NCBI GenBank assembly: GCA_963782055.1
Contig: CAWAIF010000003.1
Location: 4,480,001-4,544,000 of the forward strand
DNA from: an uncultured delta proteobacterium
GTDB lineage: Bacteria; Myxococcota_A; Polyangia; Polyangiales; Polyangiaceae
Length of the DNA stretch: 64,000 nt
Reading direction: 5' to 3'
The translations under genes were made by a program, and so were the position numbers. Below, piece by piece: positions 51,287 to 59,962 of the stretch; positions within the stretch are counted from its first letter, which is position 1; each line of letters begins with the position of its first letter. A model generated the notes under the pieces. That model did no database searches, had not been told where the DNA came from, and saw nothing but the letters and a program-made list of their open reading frames with translations.

Positions 51287-51976
51287 GTGAGCAGCGGCGG
51301 CACCCGCGTGATCGTCAAGGCCCTCGTCGGGCTGGTAGAGCTCGTCGTCGTGCTCGCGGTCGCCATCTTCATGTCGGCGGGCTCGGTGCATTACGTCGAG
51401 GGCTGGGTCTTCCTGGGCGTCTTCTCCGGCTCCTCCCTCGCCATCACCCTCTGGCTGATGAGGAAGGACCCGGCGCTGCTGGAGCGCCGCACGCAGGCGG
51501 GCCCCGCGGCGGAGAAGGAGCGCGGCCAGAAGGTCATCCAGGGCTTCGCGAGCCTGGCGTTCATGGGCACGGTGGTCGTCCCCTCGCTCGATCACCGCCT
51601 CGGCTGGTCGCGCGTCCCCCTCGTCGCCGTCGTGGCCGGCGACGCGCTCGTCGCGGTCGGCTTCGTGCTCGTCTTCCTCGTCTTCCGGCAGAACACCTTC
51701 ACCTCCGCGGTGATCGAGGTGGCCGACGCGCAGCGGGTGGTCGACACCGGCCCCTACGCGGTGGTGCGCCACCCGATGTACGCCGGCGCGCTGGTCCTGC
51801 TCGCCGGCATCCCCCTCGCGCTGGGCTCGCTCGTCGGGCTGGTCACGCTCCCGCCGTTCGGCGCGGTGCTCGTGTGGCGCCTGCTGGCCGAGGAGCGGTT
51901 TCTCACCGAGCACCTCCCCGGCTACGAGGCGTACCGCAAGAAGACTCGCTACCGGTTGATCCCGCACGTGTGGTGA
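51287..51976 (+). CDS. Isoprenylcysteine carboxyl methyltransferase (ICMT/PEMT)-family membrane protein
   Basis: DPALLERR, NTFTSAVIEV..QRVVDTGPYAVVRHPMY, EERFL...PGYEAY..KTRYRLIP. Confidence 0.9.
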   Translation: MSSGGTRVIVKALVGLVELVVVLAVAIFMSAGSVHYVEGWVFLGVFSGSSLAITLWLMRKDPALLERRTQAGPAAEKERGQKVIQGFASLAFMGTVVVPSLDHRLGWSRVPLVAVVAGDALVAVGFVLVFLVFRQNTFTSAVIEVADAQRVVDTGPYAVVRHPMYAGALVLLAGIPLALGSLVGLVTLPPFGAVLVWRLLAEERFLTEHLPGYEAYRKKTRYRLIPHVW

Positions 51977-52246
51977 GCGGCGCGGCCGCGGGGTGGGCCG
52001 ACGCACGACGGGCAGGATCGGACCATCGACGACGGACCCACGCACCTCGCCTACGCAGCCGACGGATCGACCTAAAGCCAGTCCGGATCGACCTACGGGG
52101 CGTGCTCGCACCCCCAACGGCATCTGCTCGGGGATCGCCGGTGGCCAGAGCCCGACCGGCGTCGCGACGGACGGCATCCACGTGTACTGGGCAAGTGACG
52201 TCGCCGGCGCCGGGCTCGTGGGCGGCGGGCGTTCGCAGCGCGTGCC

Positions 52247-53566
52247 TCACCCGTCCTTCTCCCTTCCCCCGTCGCCTGCCGCCACCCACTCCACCGCGGG
52301 ATCGTAGTCCGGATCGGGCGGCTCCTGCGGCGGACGCTCCTCCTCCGGGACGTGGCGCAGGTTCACGCGCACCCGCGTCCAGGTCTTGAAGCGGCCGCGC
52401 ATGGCGTCGACCATCACGTCCTCCGGCGTGAGGCACGCGGCGGCGCGCGGGTGGCGCTCCTTCCACTGCTCCAGGCCCGCCAGCGCCGGCTCCTTGTCCG
52501 GCGACTGCGACACCACCACCAGCGGGTTCTTCGCCCGGCGCACCGCGGTCTTCGTCGGCGCGTCCTTCTTCGCGCGTGAGGGCGCCACGCGTGGCGGCTC
52601 GCCCGCCTGCTTGGCGTAGTGCGGGGGCCAGGGTGCGTCCCCCTGCCCTTCCCGCTTCTGCTTCTCGGCGAGCTCCAGCAGCTCCTCCAGCGAGCCCGGC
52701 GCCTCGTCGATGCCCCGGTGCGCGTCGCCGCTCGCGGCGAAGAGCTTGGGCACCGTCGCCAGCGTGAACTCCGCGGGATCGCACGTCTCCAGCACCTCCC
52801 AGGTGACCGGCATGGAGACGCGCGCGTCCTGGGTAGGCCGCACCGAGTAGGCGCTCGCGACCGTGCGGTCCTTGGCGTTCTGGTTGTAGTCGATGAAGAC
52901 GCCGTGCCGCTCCTCCTTCCACCACTTGCTGGTGGCGATCTTGGGCGCGCGCCGCTCCACCTCCCGCGCGAGCGCGACCGCCGCGCCGCGCACCTGGCTG
53001 AAGCCCCAGCGCGGATGCGTGCGCACGTAGACGTGGATCCCGCGCGAGCCGCTGGTCTTCGGCCAGCCCACCAGCCCGAGATCGGTGAGCACCTCCCGCA
53101 CCACCAGCGCGACCTCCACGATCTGCCGCCACACCACGCCGGGCATCGGGTCCAGGTCCACGCGCAGCTCGTCGGGGTGGTCCAGATCGCTCGCGCGCAC
53201 CGGGTGCGGGTTGAGGTCCAGACATCCGAGGTTGGCCACCCACACCAGACCTGCCGCGTCGTCCAGCACCACCTCGTCGGCGGTGCGTCCGGAGGGAAAG
53301 CTGAGCGTCGCCGTGCGCACGAAGTCCGGCCGGCCCTGCGGCGCGCGCTTCTGGAAGAAGGGCGCCTGCGCCGCGCCGTTGACGTAGCGCTTGAGCGCCA
53401 TCGGCCGCGCGCGCACGCCGCGCAGCGCGCCGTCGGCGACGGCGAGGTAGTAGCGCACCAGATCCAGCTTGGTGTGACCGGCGGCGGGGAAGTAGATCTT
53501 GCGCGGGTTGGTGACCACCACCTCGCGCCCTCCGACCTCCAGGACCTCTCTCTCCTTCTCCGCCAT
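52247..53566 (-). CDS. AEP-family primase-polymerase (Prim-PolC / LigD POL-like, stand-alone) with C-terminal extension
   Basis: TNPRKIYFP, TKLDLVRYY, FFQKRAP, PDELRVDLDP, KTSGSRGIH, FIDYNQNAKDRTVASAYSVRP. Confidence 0.92.
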   Translation of the reverse strand: MAEKEREVLEVGGREVVVTNPRKIYFPAAGHTKLDLVRYYLAVADGALRGVRARPMALKRYVNGAAQAPFFQKRAPQGRPDFVRTATLSFPSGRTADEVVLDDAAGLVWVANLGCLDLNPHPVRASDLDHPDELRVDLDPMPGVVWRQIVEVALVVREVLTDLGLVGWPKTSGSRGIHVYVRTHPRWGFSQVRGAAVALAREVERRAPKIATSKWWKEERHGVFIDYNQNAKDRTVASAYSVRPTQDARVSMPVTWEVLETCDPAEFTLATVPKLFAASGDAHRGIDEAPGSLEELLELAEKQKREGQGDAPWPPHYAKQAGEPPRVAPSRAKKDAPTKTAVRRAKNPLVVVSQSPDKEPALAGLEQWKERHPRAAACLTPEDVMVDAMRGRFKTWTRVRVNLRHVPEEERPPQEPPDPDYDPAVEWVAAGDGGREKDG

Positions 53567-53623
53567 GACGGCCCCATGGTAGCGCTGGCCCGGCGGGGCG
53601 TGCTCCGCGATAATGGGCGGGCC

Positions 53624-54997
53624 ATGCCGGAGCCCGGGTCGGAAGAGGCCGATCGCGCCGCGCGCCGGCACGTGACCAAGGTCGAGCGCGTGACGCGGCA
53701 GCTCCGCGAGCGCAAGGGCACCACGCCGGTCTCGCTGCGCAAGAAGGCGGTGGCCCACCAGGTCCCGAAGCCACACGACAAGCGCTACACCGACGACAAG
53801 ATCGACGTCTCCGACCTGGACGAGATCCTGGAGATCGATCCGGTCGCGATGACCTGCACCGCCGAGTCGGGCGTCACCTTCGAGGCGCTGGTCGACGCCA
53901 CGATGCGGCACGGCCTCGTCCCCATCGTGGTGCCCGAGCTCAAGACCATCACGGTGGGCGGCGCCGTCTCCGGCTGCTCGCTGGAGTCCATGTCCTTCCG
54001 CCACGGGGGCTTCCACGACACCTGCCTGGAGTACGAGGTCGTCACCGCGAAGGGCGACGTGCTCCGCTGCACGCCCGACAACGAGCACGCGCTCGTCTTC
54101 CAGATGATCCATGGCTCCTTCGGCACGCTGGGCGTGCTGTCGAAGCTCACCTTCCGGCTGGTCGCTGCGAAGCCCTTCGTCCACGTCCGCTACGAGAAGC
54201 ACGCGACGCTGGACGGGTACCTCGCCGCCATTGACCGGCACTTCCGCGCGGCGGACGTGGACTTCATGGATGGCATCATCCACTCGCCCTCTGAGCACGT
54301 CCTCAGCCTGGGCACCTTCGTCGGCGACGCGCCGTACACGCACCGCTACGACTGGCTGCGCGTCTACTACCAGAGCACCGCGCGCCGCACCGAGGATTAC
54401 CTGCGCACGCCGGACTACCTCTTCCGCTACGACAACGGCGTCACCAACGTGAACCCGAAGTCGGCCGTCGGGCGGCTGCTCTTCGGCAAGTTGCTCCACT
54501 CTGCACAGATCTTGCGGCTCGCCGAGAAGCTGCACGCCCTGCTGCCCGCCGAGCGGCCGGCGGTCACGGTGGACCTGTTTCTCCCCGTCTCGCGCGTCCC
54601 CGACTTCATGCAGTGGTACCGGGAGACGATCGGCTTCTTCCCGCTCTGGTGCGTGCCCTACCGCCGCGTGCGCGACTACGAGTGGATCGCGCCCGCCTTC
54701 TTCGCCCCTCTACGGGACGAGCTCTTCCTGGACCTGGCGATCTACGGCCTGAAGCAGCCGCCGGGGCGCAACCTGTACGTCGAGATCGAGGAGGAGCTTC
54801 GCCGGGTGAACGGGCTGAAGACACTCATCTCGTACAACCACTACGACGAAGACGTCTTCTGGACGATCTTCAACCGCCCCAACTACGCCGCGGTGAAGAA
54901 GGTCACCGACCCCGACAACCTCTTTCGCGATCTGTACTCCAAGACGTGCCGGGCGCCTCTCGGGCTGCCGGACGCGAAGTGGGAGCCGGACGGCTGA
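53624..54997 (+). CDS. FAD-binding oxidoreductase, DHCR24 / BfaA(TmsA)-like
   Basis: VVPELKTITVGGAVSGCSLESMSFRHG..HDTCLEYEVV..GDVLRCTP, HGSFGTLG, FPLWCVP, DPDNLFRDLYSK. Confidence 0.82.
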   Translation: MPEPGSEEADRAARRHVTKVERVTRQLRERKGTTPVSLRKKAVAHQVPKPHDKRYTDDKIDVSDLDEILEIDPVAMTCTAESGVTFEALVDATMRHGLVPIVVPELKTITVGGAVSGCSLESMSFRHGGFHDTCLEYEVVTAKGDVLRCTPDNEHALVFQMIHGSFGTLGVLSKLTFRLVAAKPFVHVRYEKHATLDGYLAAIDRHFRAADVDFMDGIIHSPSEHVLSLGTFVGDAPYTHRYDWLRVYYQSTARRTEDYLRTPDYLFRYDNGVTNVNPKSAVGRLLFGKLLHSAQILRLAEKLHALLPAERPAVTVDLFLPVSRVPDFMQWYRETIGFFPLWCVPYRRVRDYEWIAPAFFAPLRDELFLDLAIYGLKQPPGRNLYVEIEEELRRVNGLKTLISYNHYDEDVFWTIFNRPNYAAVKKVTDPDNLFRDLYSKTCRAPLGLPDAKWEPDG

Positions 54998-55003
54998 AAC
55001 AGG

Positions 55004-55453
55004 TCAGCGCATCTCGATCGTGGGGAGGGTGATCGTCTGCGACGAGGAGGCCGCGGAGGCAGAAGCCGTCGGCTGCGGCGCGGCTGCGACGGGCGCGCTG
55101 GCCGAGGGTGCCGCGGAGGGGGGCGCGGCGGCGGAGGAGCCGCGGGCGCGCAGGCCGACCTTCAGCCCGCCGGCGACCGCCACGACGAGCAGCACAAGGA
55201 AGACGACCACCTTGATCGCCGAGCGCGACGACGCGGGCGCGGGCGTCGGCGCGGGGGCCGGCGCGGGGGCCGGCTCCGACGCCGCGGGCGACCCCGTGGC
55301 GGTGGGGGCGGCGAAGCCCGGGGGCAGCGGGGGCGGCACCTTGCGCGCGTGCCCGGAGGAGGCGGGGCCCTCTCCCAGATCGATGCCCTCCAGCCCCTCA
55401 ATCTGATCGAGCTGGATCGTCGCGTTGGGGTTGGGCTTGTCGGCGTCGCTCAT
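55004..55453 (-). CDS. Hypothetical Pro-rich single-pass membrane protein
   Basis: KVPPPLP motif, one TM segment, Ala/Ser/Pro tail ending ITLPTIEMR. Confidence 0.65.
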   Translation of the reverse strand: MSDADKPNPNATIQLDQIEGLEGIDLGEGPASSGHARKVPPPLPPGFAAPTATGSPAASEPAPAPAPAPTPAPASSRSAIKVVVFLVLLVVAVAGGLKVGLRARGSSAAAPPSAAPSASAPVAAAPQPTASASAASSSQTITLPTIEMR

Positions 55454-55570
55454 GGGGACCGCGCTTCCCGCAGTGGACCACACCGCGGCCGCAAGTCAAC
55501 GCGGTATGCGGTCCCGGCGGGACGCCGCCCTTGCGCGCAGCGCTGCTTCGGTTACAAGCACGGCCAGAAC

Positions 55571-56797
55571 ATGGCTCAGACGTCGTTCCCCAAGGAAAAG
55601 ATCAAGGTCCTGCTGCTCGAGGGCATCCACCCCGGCGCCAAGGCGCTCTTCGAGAAGGAGACCTTCCAGGTCGAGCTGCTCAAGGGCTCGCTCCCGCCGG
55701 AGGAGCTGCGCGAGCGCATCGCCGATGTCCACATGATCGGCATCCGCAGCAAGACGCACGTCGACGCGCAGGCGCTCGCCGCGGCGAAGCGCCTGCTCAC
55801 CATCGGGTGCTTCTGCATCGGCACCAACCAGGTGGACCTCGCCGCCGCCAACGCGGCGGGCGTCCCCGTCTTCAACGCGCCCTTCTCCAACACCCGCAGC
55901 GTGGCGGAGCTCATCATCTCCGACGTCGTGGCCCTGGCGCGGCAGATCGGCGACCGCTCGCGCGAGGTGCACGAGGGCAAGTGGAACAAGGTCTCGACGG
56001 GCTGCTACGAGGTGCGCGGCAAGACGCTCGGCATCATCGGCTACGGGCACATCGGCTCGCAGGTGGGCGTGCTCGCCGAGGCGATGGGCATGCGCGTCAT
56101 CTTCTACGACATCGTGTCCAAGCTCGCGATGGGCAACACACGCCCCACGCCCTCGCTCGGCGAGCTGCTCGCGGAGAGCGACTTCGTCACCCTCCACGTG
56201 CCCGCCACCAAGGAGACGCAGGGGATGATCGGCGCGGTGGAGCTCGCCGGGATGCGGAAGGGCAGCTACCTGCTCAACCTCAGCCGCGGCAACGTCGTGC
56301 AGATCCCCGCGCTGGCCGAGGCGCTGCGCGCCGGGCACCTGGCCGGCGCGGCGGTCGATGTCTACCCGAAGGAGCCGCGAACCAACTCCGAGGGCTTCGA
56401 GACCGAGCTGCAGGGCCTCCCCAACGTCATCCTCACTCCGCACATCGGCGGGTCCACGGAGGAGGCGCAGGAGGCGATCGGCCAGGAGGTGGCGACCGCC
56501 CTCGTCAAGTTCACCAACTCCGGGGCGACGGCCGGCGCGGTCAACTTCCCACAGGTGGACGTGCCGCCGGCGCGCGGGACGCACCGGATCCTGAACACGC
56601 ACAAGAACGTGCCGGGTGTCCTCGGCGCGGTGAACCGCATCGTCAGCGACCTGGGCGCCAACATCCGCTCGCAGGTCCTGGCGACGGACCCGAGCGTCGG
56701 CTACCTGGTGATGGACCTGGAGCAGGACGTGTCCAACGACGTCGCCAGGGCGATCGCCGCGCTCCCGCAGAACATCCGCACGCGCATCCTGTACTGA
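55571..56797 (+). CDS. serA: D-3-phosphoglycerate dehydrogenase (E. coli type, with ACT domain)
   Basis: KIKVLLLEGIH, GIRSKT, FCIGTNQVD, NAPFSNTRSVAEL, GYGHIGSQ, TPHIGGSTEEAQ, HKNVPGVL. Confidence 0.97.
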   Translation: MAQTSFPKEKIKVLLLEGIHPGAKALFEKETFQVELLKGSLPPEELRERIADVHMIGIRSKTHVDAQALAAAKRLLTIGCFCIGTNQVDLAAANAAGVPVFNAPFSNTRSVAELIISDVVALARQIGDRSREVHEGKWNKVSTGCYEVRGKTLGIIGYGHIGSQVGVLAEAMGMRVIFYDIVSKLAMGNTRPTPSLGELLAESDFVTLHVPATKETQGMIGAVELAGMRKGSYLLNLSRGNVVQIPALAEALRAGHLAGAAVDVYPKEPRTNSEGFETELQGLPNVILTPHIGGSTEEAQEAIGQEVATALVKFTNSGATAGAVNFPQVDVPPARGTHRILNTHKNVPGVLGAVNRIVSDLGANIRSQVLATDPSVGYLVMDLEQDVSNDVARAIAALPQNIRTRILY

Positions 56798-56802
56798 CGT
56801 CT

Positions 56803-58119
56803 TCAGAGCCTGAGCGTCACCGCGAAGATGGCGCGGTCGTCGTGCTTCGCCAGGTCGGGGGTGAAGGGTCCGGGGTTGTCCGCGGAGACGGGCTTGCCGC
56901 CGGGCCCGGTGATGCCGCCCGGGCCGGAGAAGAGCGGCACGTTCGCCTCGCGGTGCATGTACTCCAGGCGCACCAGCAGCCACGGGCTCGGGCGGTAGTC
57001 GAGCGTGGCGGTGACGCCGCCGCCGCGGAAGGTGCTCGTCGTGTCTGGCCGGGCGTAGCCGCTCGGCAGGGAGGGGACGAGCACCTGTCCCTCGTCCAGG
57101 TAGGCGTCGCCGCGCACGGCGAGGAAGACGTTGCCGACGAAGCCGATGCGGTGCGAGAGCGCCACGCCCCCGCGCCAGCCGCCGGGACGTACCGTCAGGT
57201 GCTCGTAGCCCAGGTCGGCGATGGCGCACACCGCCAGGCTGCGCACGAAGCCGTGGGAGGCGGCGAAGTACTCCACCTGCGCCGAGTTGTCGGTGAACCA
57301 GCGCAGCGACTGATCGTCGTCGGGCACGTCCTGCCCGAGGTAGGCGTCGTGGGTGAGGGAGAGGCGCCCCGTCGGACGCCACGTCACGGCGTAGCCGCCC
57401 GCGCCCGCCTCGTGCCACTGCCCGAAGGTCTGCCAGCCGTCCACCATCCACGCCTCCACGTCCACGTGCGGCGTCGGGTAGAGGCGCGCCACCGCGCCCG
57501 CCATGTAGAAGGGCGTCGCGTCGGCGAGGAAGGAGTGGAAGTAGTGCCAGTTCTCCTGCGTGAGGTAGCTCTCCGCGCCGATGTACGAGGAGAGCACGCC
57601 CGCCTCCAGCTCCAGGCCGTGCAGGAAGTGGAAATGCCAGCCCGCCGAGGCCGCGCGGATCGCCTGGAAGCCGGACTGCGAGAGGAAGTAGCCGCGGCCG
57701 AAGGTGGAGTCGGACCCGGCGGTGGTCTCGGCGCTCGAGCCGTACTGGAGCGCGAGCTGACCGATGGGCCCGCCGCTGGACGTGTCGATCGCGTTGGCCG
57801 GGAGGGTCACGCCGATGCTCGCCAGGTTGAGCCCGGCCTCGTTGAAGCGCGGCGCGACCGACGAGGGGAACGCGGTGTGGTCGACGGGCTGCGCGAAGGC
57901 CCAGAGAAAGTACGTGTCGACGTAGAGCGAGCCCGTCACCGGCCCGAGCTTGAGCAGCGACTCCGGCTGGTCGTTCTGTCCGTTCATCCACCCGAAGTCG
58001 GCGAAGGCGAAGGGGGCCTCGGCGACGTCGTCGGGAGCTGGCCGGCGCGCGCGGCCGCCCGCCCTGGCCGTGCCGGGCCACGCGAGCGCCGCGCACAAGA
58101 GGAGCGGGGTGATGCGCAC
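56803..58119 (-). CDS. Outer membrane beta-barrel protein (BBP2/DUF1597-like porin)
   Basis: Signal peptide; PFAFADFGWMNG, SYIGAESY..QENW.Y, DATPFY..G, GWQTFG, RLEYMHR; C-terminal beta-strand. Confidence 0.8.
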   Translation of the reverse strand: MRITPLLLCAALAWPGTARAGGRARRPAPDDVAEAPFAFADFGWMNGQNDQPESLLKLGPVTGSLYVDTYFLWAFAQPVDHTAFPSSVAPRFNEAGLNLASIGVTLPANAIDTSSGGPIGQLALQYGSSAETTAGSDSTFGRGYFLSQSGFQAIRAASAGWHFHFLHGLELEAGVLSSYIGAESYLTQENWHYFHSFLADATPFYMAGAVARLYPTPHVDVEAWMVDGWQTFGQWHEAGAGGYAVTWRPTGRLSLTHDAYLGQDVPDDDQSLRWFTDNSAQVEYFAASHGFVRSLAVCAIADLGYEHLTVRPGGWRGGVALSHRIGFVGNVFLAVRGDAYLDEGQVLVPSLPSGYARPDTTSTFRGGGVTATLDYRPSPWLLVRLEYMHREANVPLFSGPGGITGPGGKPVSADNPGPFTPDLAKHDDRAIFAVTLRL

Positions 58120-58266
58120 GGGCGCGAGCCTACCGCAGTGGCGGGCGCGTGGCCCAGTCCGGAGCGCGCGGTGGCGCACCACGTGCGCGACGCGCAAGGC
58201 GACAGTCTGGCGCATAGGCGGCGCGGGTCCTTGACTCGCCGTGTGAGCGACACCAACGGATCTCGC

Positions 58267-58977
58267 ATGAAGACGATCACACGCTCCGCCTCGCTCGCGA
58301 CGGTCCTCGTCGCGCTCGCCGTCCCGGCGCTCACCTCGGCGTGCGCGTCGAGCAACCCTCCGCCCATGACGCCCGCGAGCGCCACGTCGCCCGAGCAGAA
58401 GCTCGTCAACGACGCGGCCGACGCCGTCCGCGCCATGCGCGGCGACGCCGCGTTCAAGGGCGTGGACGACTACCTCGCCCGTGCGCGAGGGGTGCTGATC
58501 TTCCCCCACCTGCGCAAGGCCGGCCTCATCCTGGGCGGCGAGGGCGGCACCGGCGTCCTGCTCGCCCGCACCGACGGTGGGTGGAGCGCGCCGGCCTTCT
58601 ACCGGCTCGCCGCGGGGAGCGCAGGCCTGCAGATCGGCTACGAGGAGTCGACCGTCATCCTCGCGATCATGACGAAGTCGGCGCTCGACGACGCCATCAA
58701 GGGCGGGCTGACGCTGGGCGCCGACGCGACGCTCGCGGCGGGCACGGTAGGCGCGTCGTCGGCCACCGCCGCGACGTCACCGGCGGCGGACGTGGTCCAG
58801 TTCGTCGACGCCTCCGGCGTGTTCGCCGGCGCCTCCCTGAGCGGCGCGGTGATCAGCGTCCGCACCAAGTACAACCAGGCGTACTACGGGGCCGCGGCCA
58901 CGCCGCGCGCCATCGTGCTGGATGGCCGCTTCACACAGGCGACCGCCGACCCCCTGCGCCACGCCCTGCCCGAGTGA
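58267..58977 (+). CDS. Lipid-binding SYLF (Ysc84) domain lipoprotein
   Basis: ARGVLIFP..KAGLILGGEGGTGVL, WSAPAF, SAGLQIG, GVFAGASLSG, NQAYYG. Confidence 0.9.
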   Translation: MKTITRSASLATVLVALAVPALTSACASSNPPPMTPASATSPEQKLVNDAADAVRAMRGDAAFKGVDDYLARARGVLIFPHLRKAGLILGGEGGTGVLLARTDGGWSAPAFYRLAAGSAGLQIGYEESTVILAIMTKSALDDAIKGGLTLGADATLAAGTVGASSATAATSPAADVVQFVDASGVFAGASLSGAVISVRTKYNQAYYGAAATPRAIVLDGRFTQATADPLRHALPE

Positions 58978-59390
58978 GCGGGCCGGCGCGCGATCGCGCG
59001 CGATCGTTGCGATGCTCGCGATGAGAAGGCCGGGCGTCGCGGGGCGCCGCGCAGGAGGCACGTGCATCGGACCAATGCCAGCCCCGCGCGGTCTCGTGGA
59101 CGCACGGTGTGGCAGGTCTCCACACGAGCGCAAACTTGTCGTCGCCATGGGACGGGCGGACCCTCTGCACCACGACCCCGCGCCGGATGAGGCGCCCACG
59201 AGCCTGCTCCACCGTCCGCGGCGACGCCCGGGGTGATGGAGACTTGATCCACCGCCGTCGAGGCGCTTCCACATGCACTTATCGAAGTGCGTGAGGTGAG
59301 AATGCTTGTATGGAGCAACTATTCGTGAAAATACGGGCCGTGCGCCGCCCGCCATCGGGGCGCGACCGCGCCGCCCCGCGCTCCGCACGC

Positions 59391-59406
59391 TGGCAAGCCG
59401 ATTGCA
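59391..59406 (+). promoter_or_regulatory. sigma54 promoter
   Basis: TGGCAAGCCGATTGCA, near-consensus; followed by SD AGGAGA and ATG 59433. Confidence 0.75.
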
Positions 59407-59432
59407 ACGCGCACGCATCAGGAGAACTCGCC

Positions 59433-59759
59433 ATGACCGCTTCCACCGCTTCCCTTCCCACTTTCCAGGACGGTCTGAGCCGCAGGCAGCGCGCACTCGT
59501 CGCCCACGCCCTCTGCGTCCTCGCCGACGCGCAGAAGGCCCGACGTCTCATGACGCTGGACCTCGTCTGCCTCGAGCTCGGCGTGACCGACGTCCCGCCC
59601 GCGCGCGACGGCGTCCGCCTCCGCACCACCCGTCGCGAGGACGTGCGCTCCCTCCTCGCGTCGCTGGACGCCGAGGGCTACGTCGACGCCACCCGCATGC
59701 GCCTCACGCTGCCGGGGTTCGCCCTCGCCCAGAGCTTCGGCGCCAGCCGCGTCGGCTGA
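59433..59759 (+). CDS. Small hypothetical protein, probable winged helix
   Basis: SD and sigma54 motif upstream; TLDLVCLELGV...REDVRSLLASLDAEGYVD..RMRLT..G pattern. Confidence 0.7.
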   Translation: MTASTASLPTFQDGLSRRQRALVAHALCVLADAQKARRLMTLDLVCLELGVTDVPPARDGVRLRTTRREDVRSLLASLDAEGYVDATRMRLTLPGFALAQSFGASRVG

Positions 59760-59934
59760 CCGCCGGGCCATAGCTCCGCAGCGGCCCGCTCCGCGACCAG
59801 CACCGCCGCCGACCGCCAGCCCCCTGTCCCCCCTGTCCCCCCTCCCTGTCCCGGGACAGCCGCGTCCAATAGCCAGCGAGCTTGCAGTGCGACGTTTCCC
59901 CGGGAATTTGCGGAGGGGGGGTGGGGGGTGGGGG

Positions 59935-59950
59935 CGGCACGGGACGTGCT
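59935..59950 (+). promoter_or_regulatory. sigma54 promoter positioned for a leaderless transcript of the MarR-like gene
   Basis: CGGCACGGGACGTGCT (GG-N10-GC); the ATG lies 13 nt after the GC. Confidence 0.55.
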
Positions 59951-59962
59951 GTTGGGGGGGGC

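Noticed and set aside
47910..53566. Classical Ku-LigD NHEJ operon or a prophage replication module
   Set aside because: No Ku, no PE domain and no phage or integrase genes; the motifs match the LigC and Prim-PolC types.
58985..59010. CGCGCGATCGCGCGCGATCG palindromic run as a REP/MITE element
   Set aside because: Low complexity, and no further clear copies in the window.
59451..59500. LPTFQDGLSRRQR resembles the GyrA/ParC LPDVRDGLKPVHRR motif
   Set aside because: The match is short and the rest of the protein has no topoisomerase features; probably chance.
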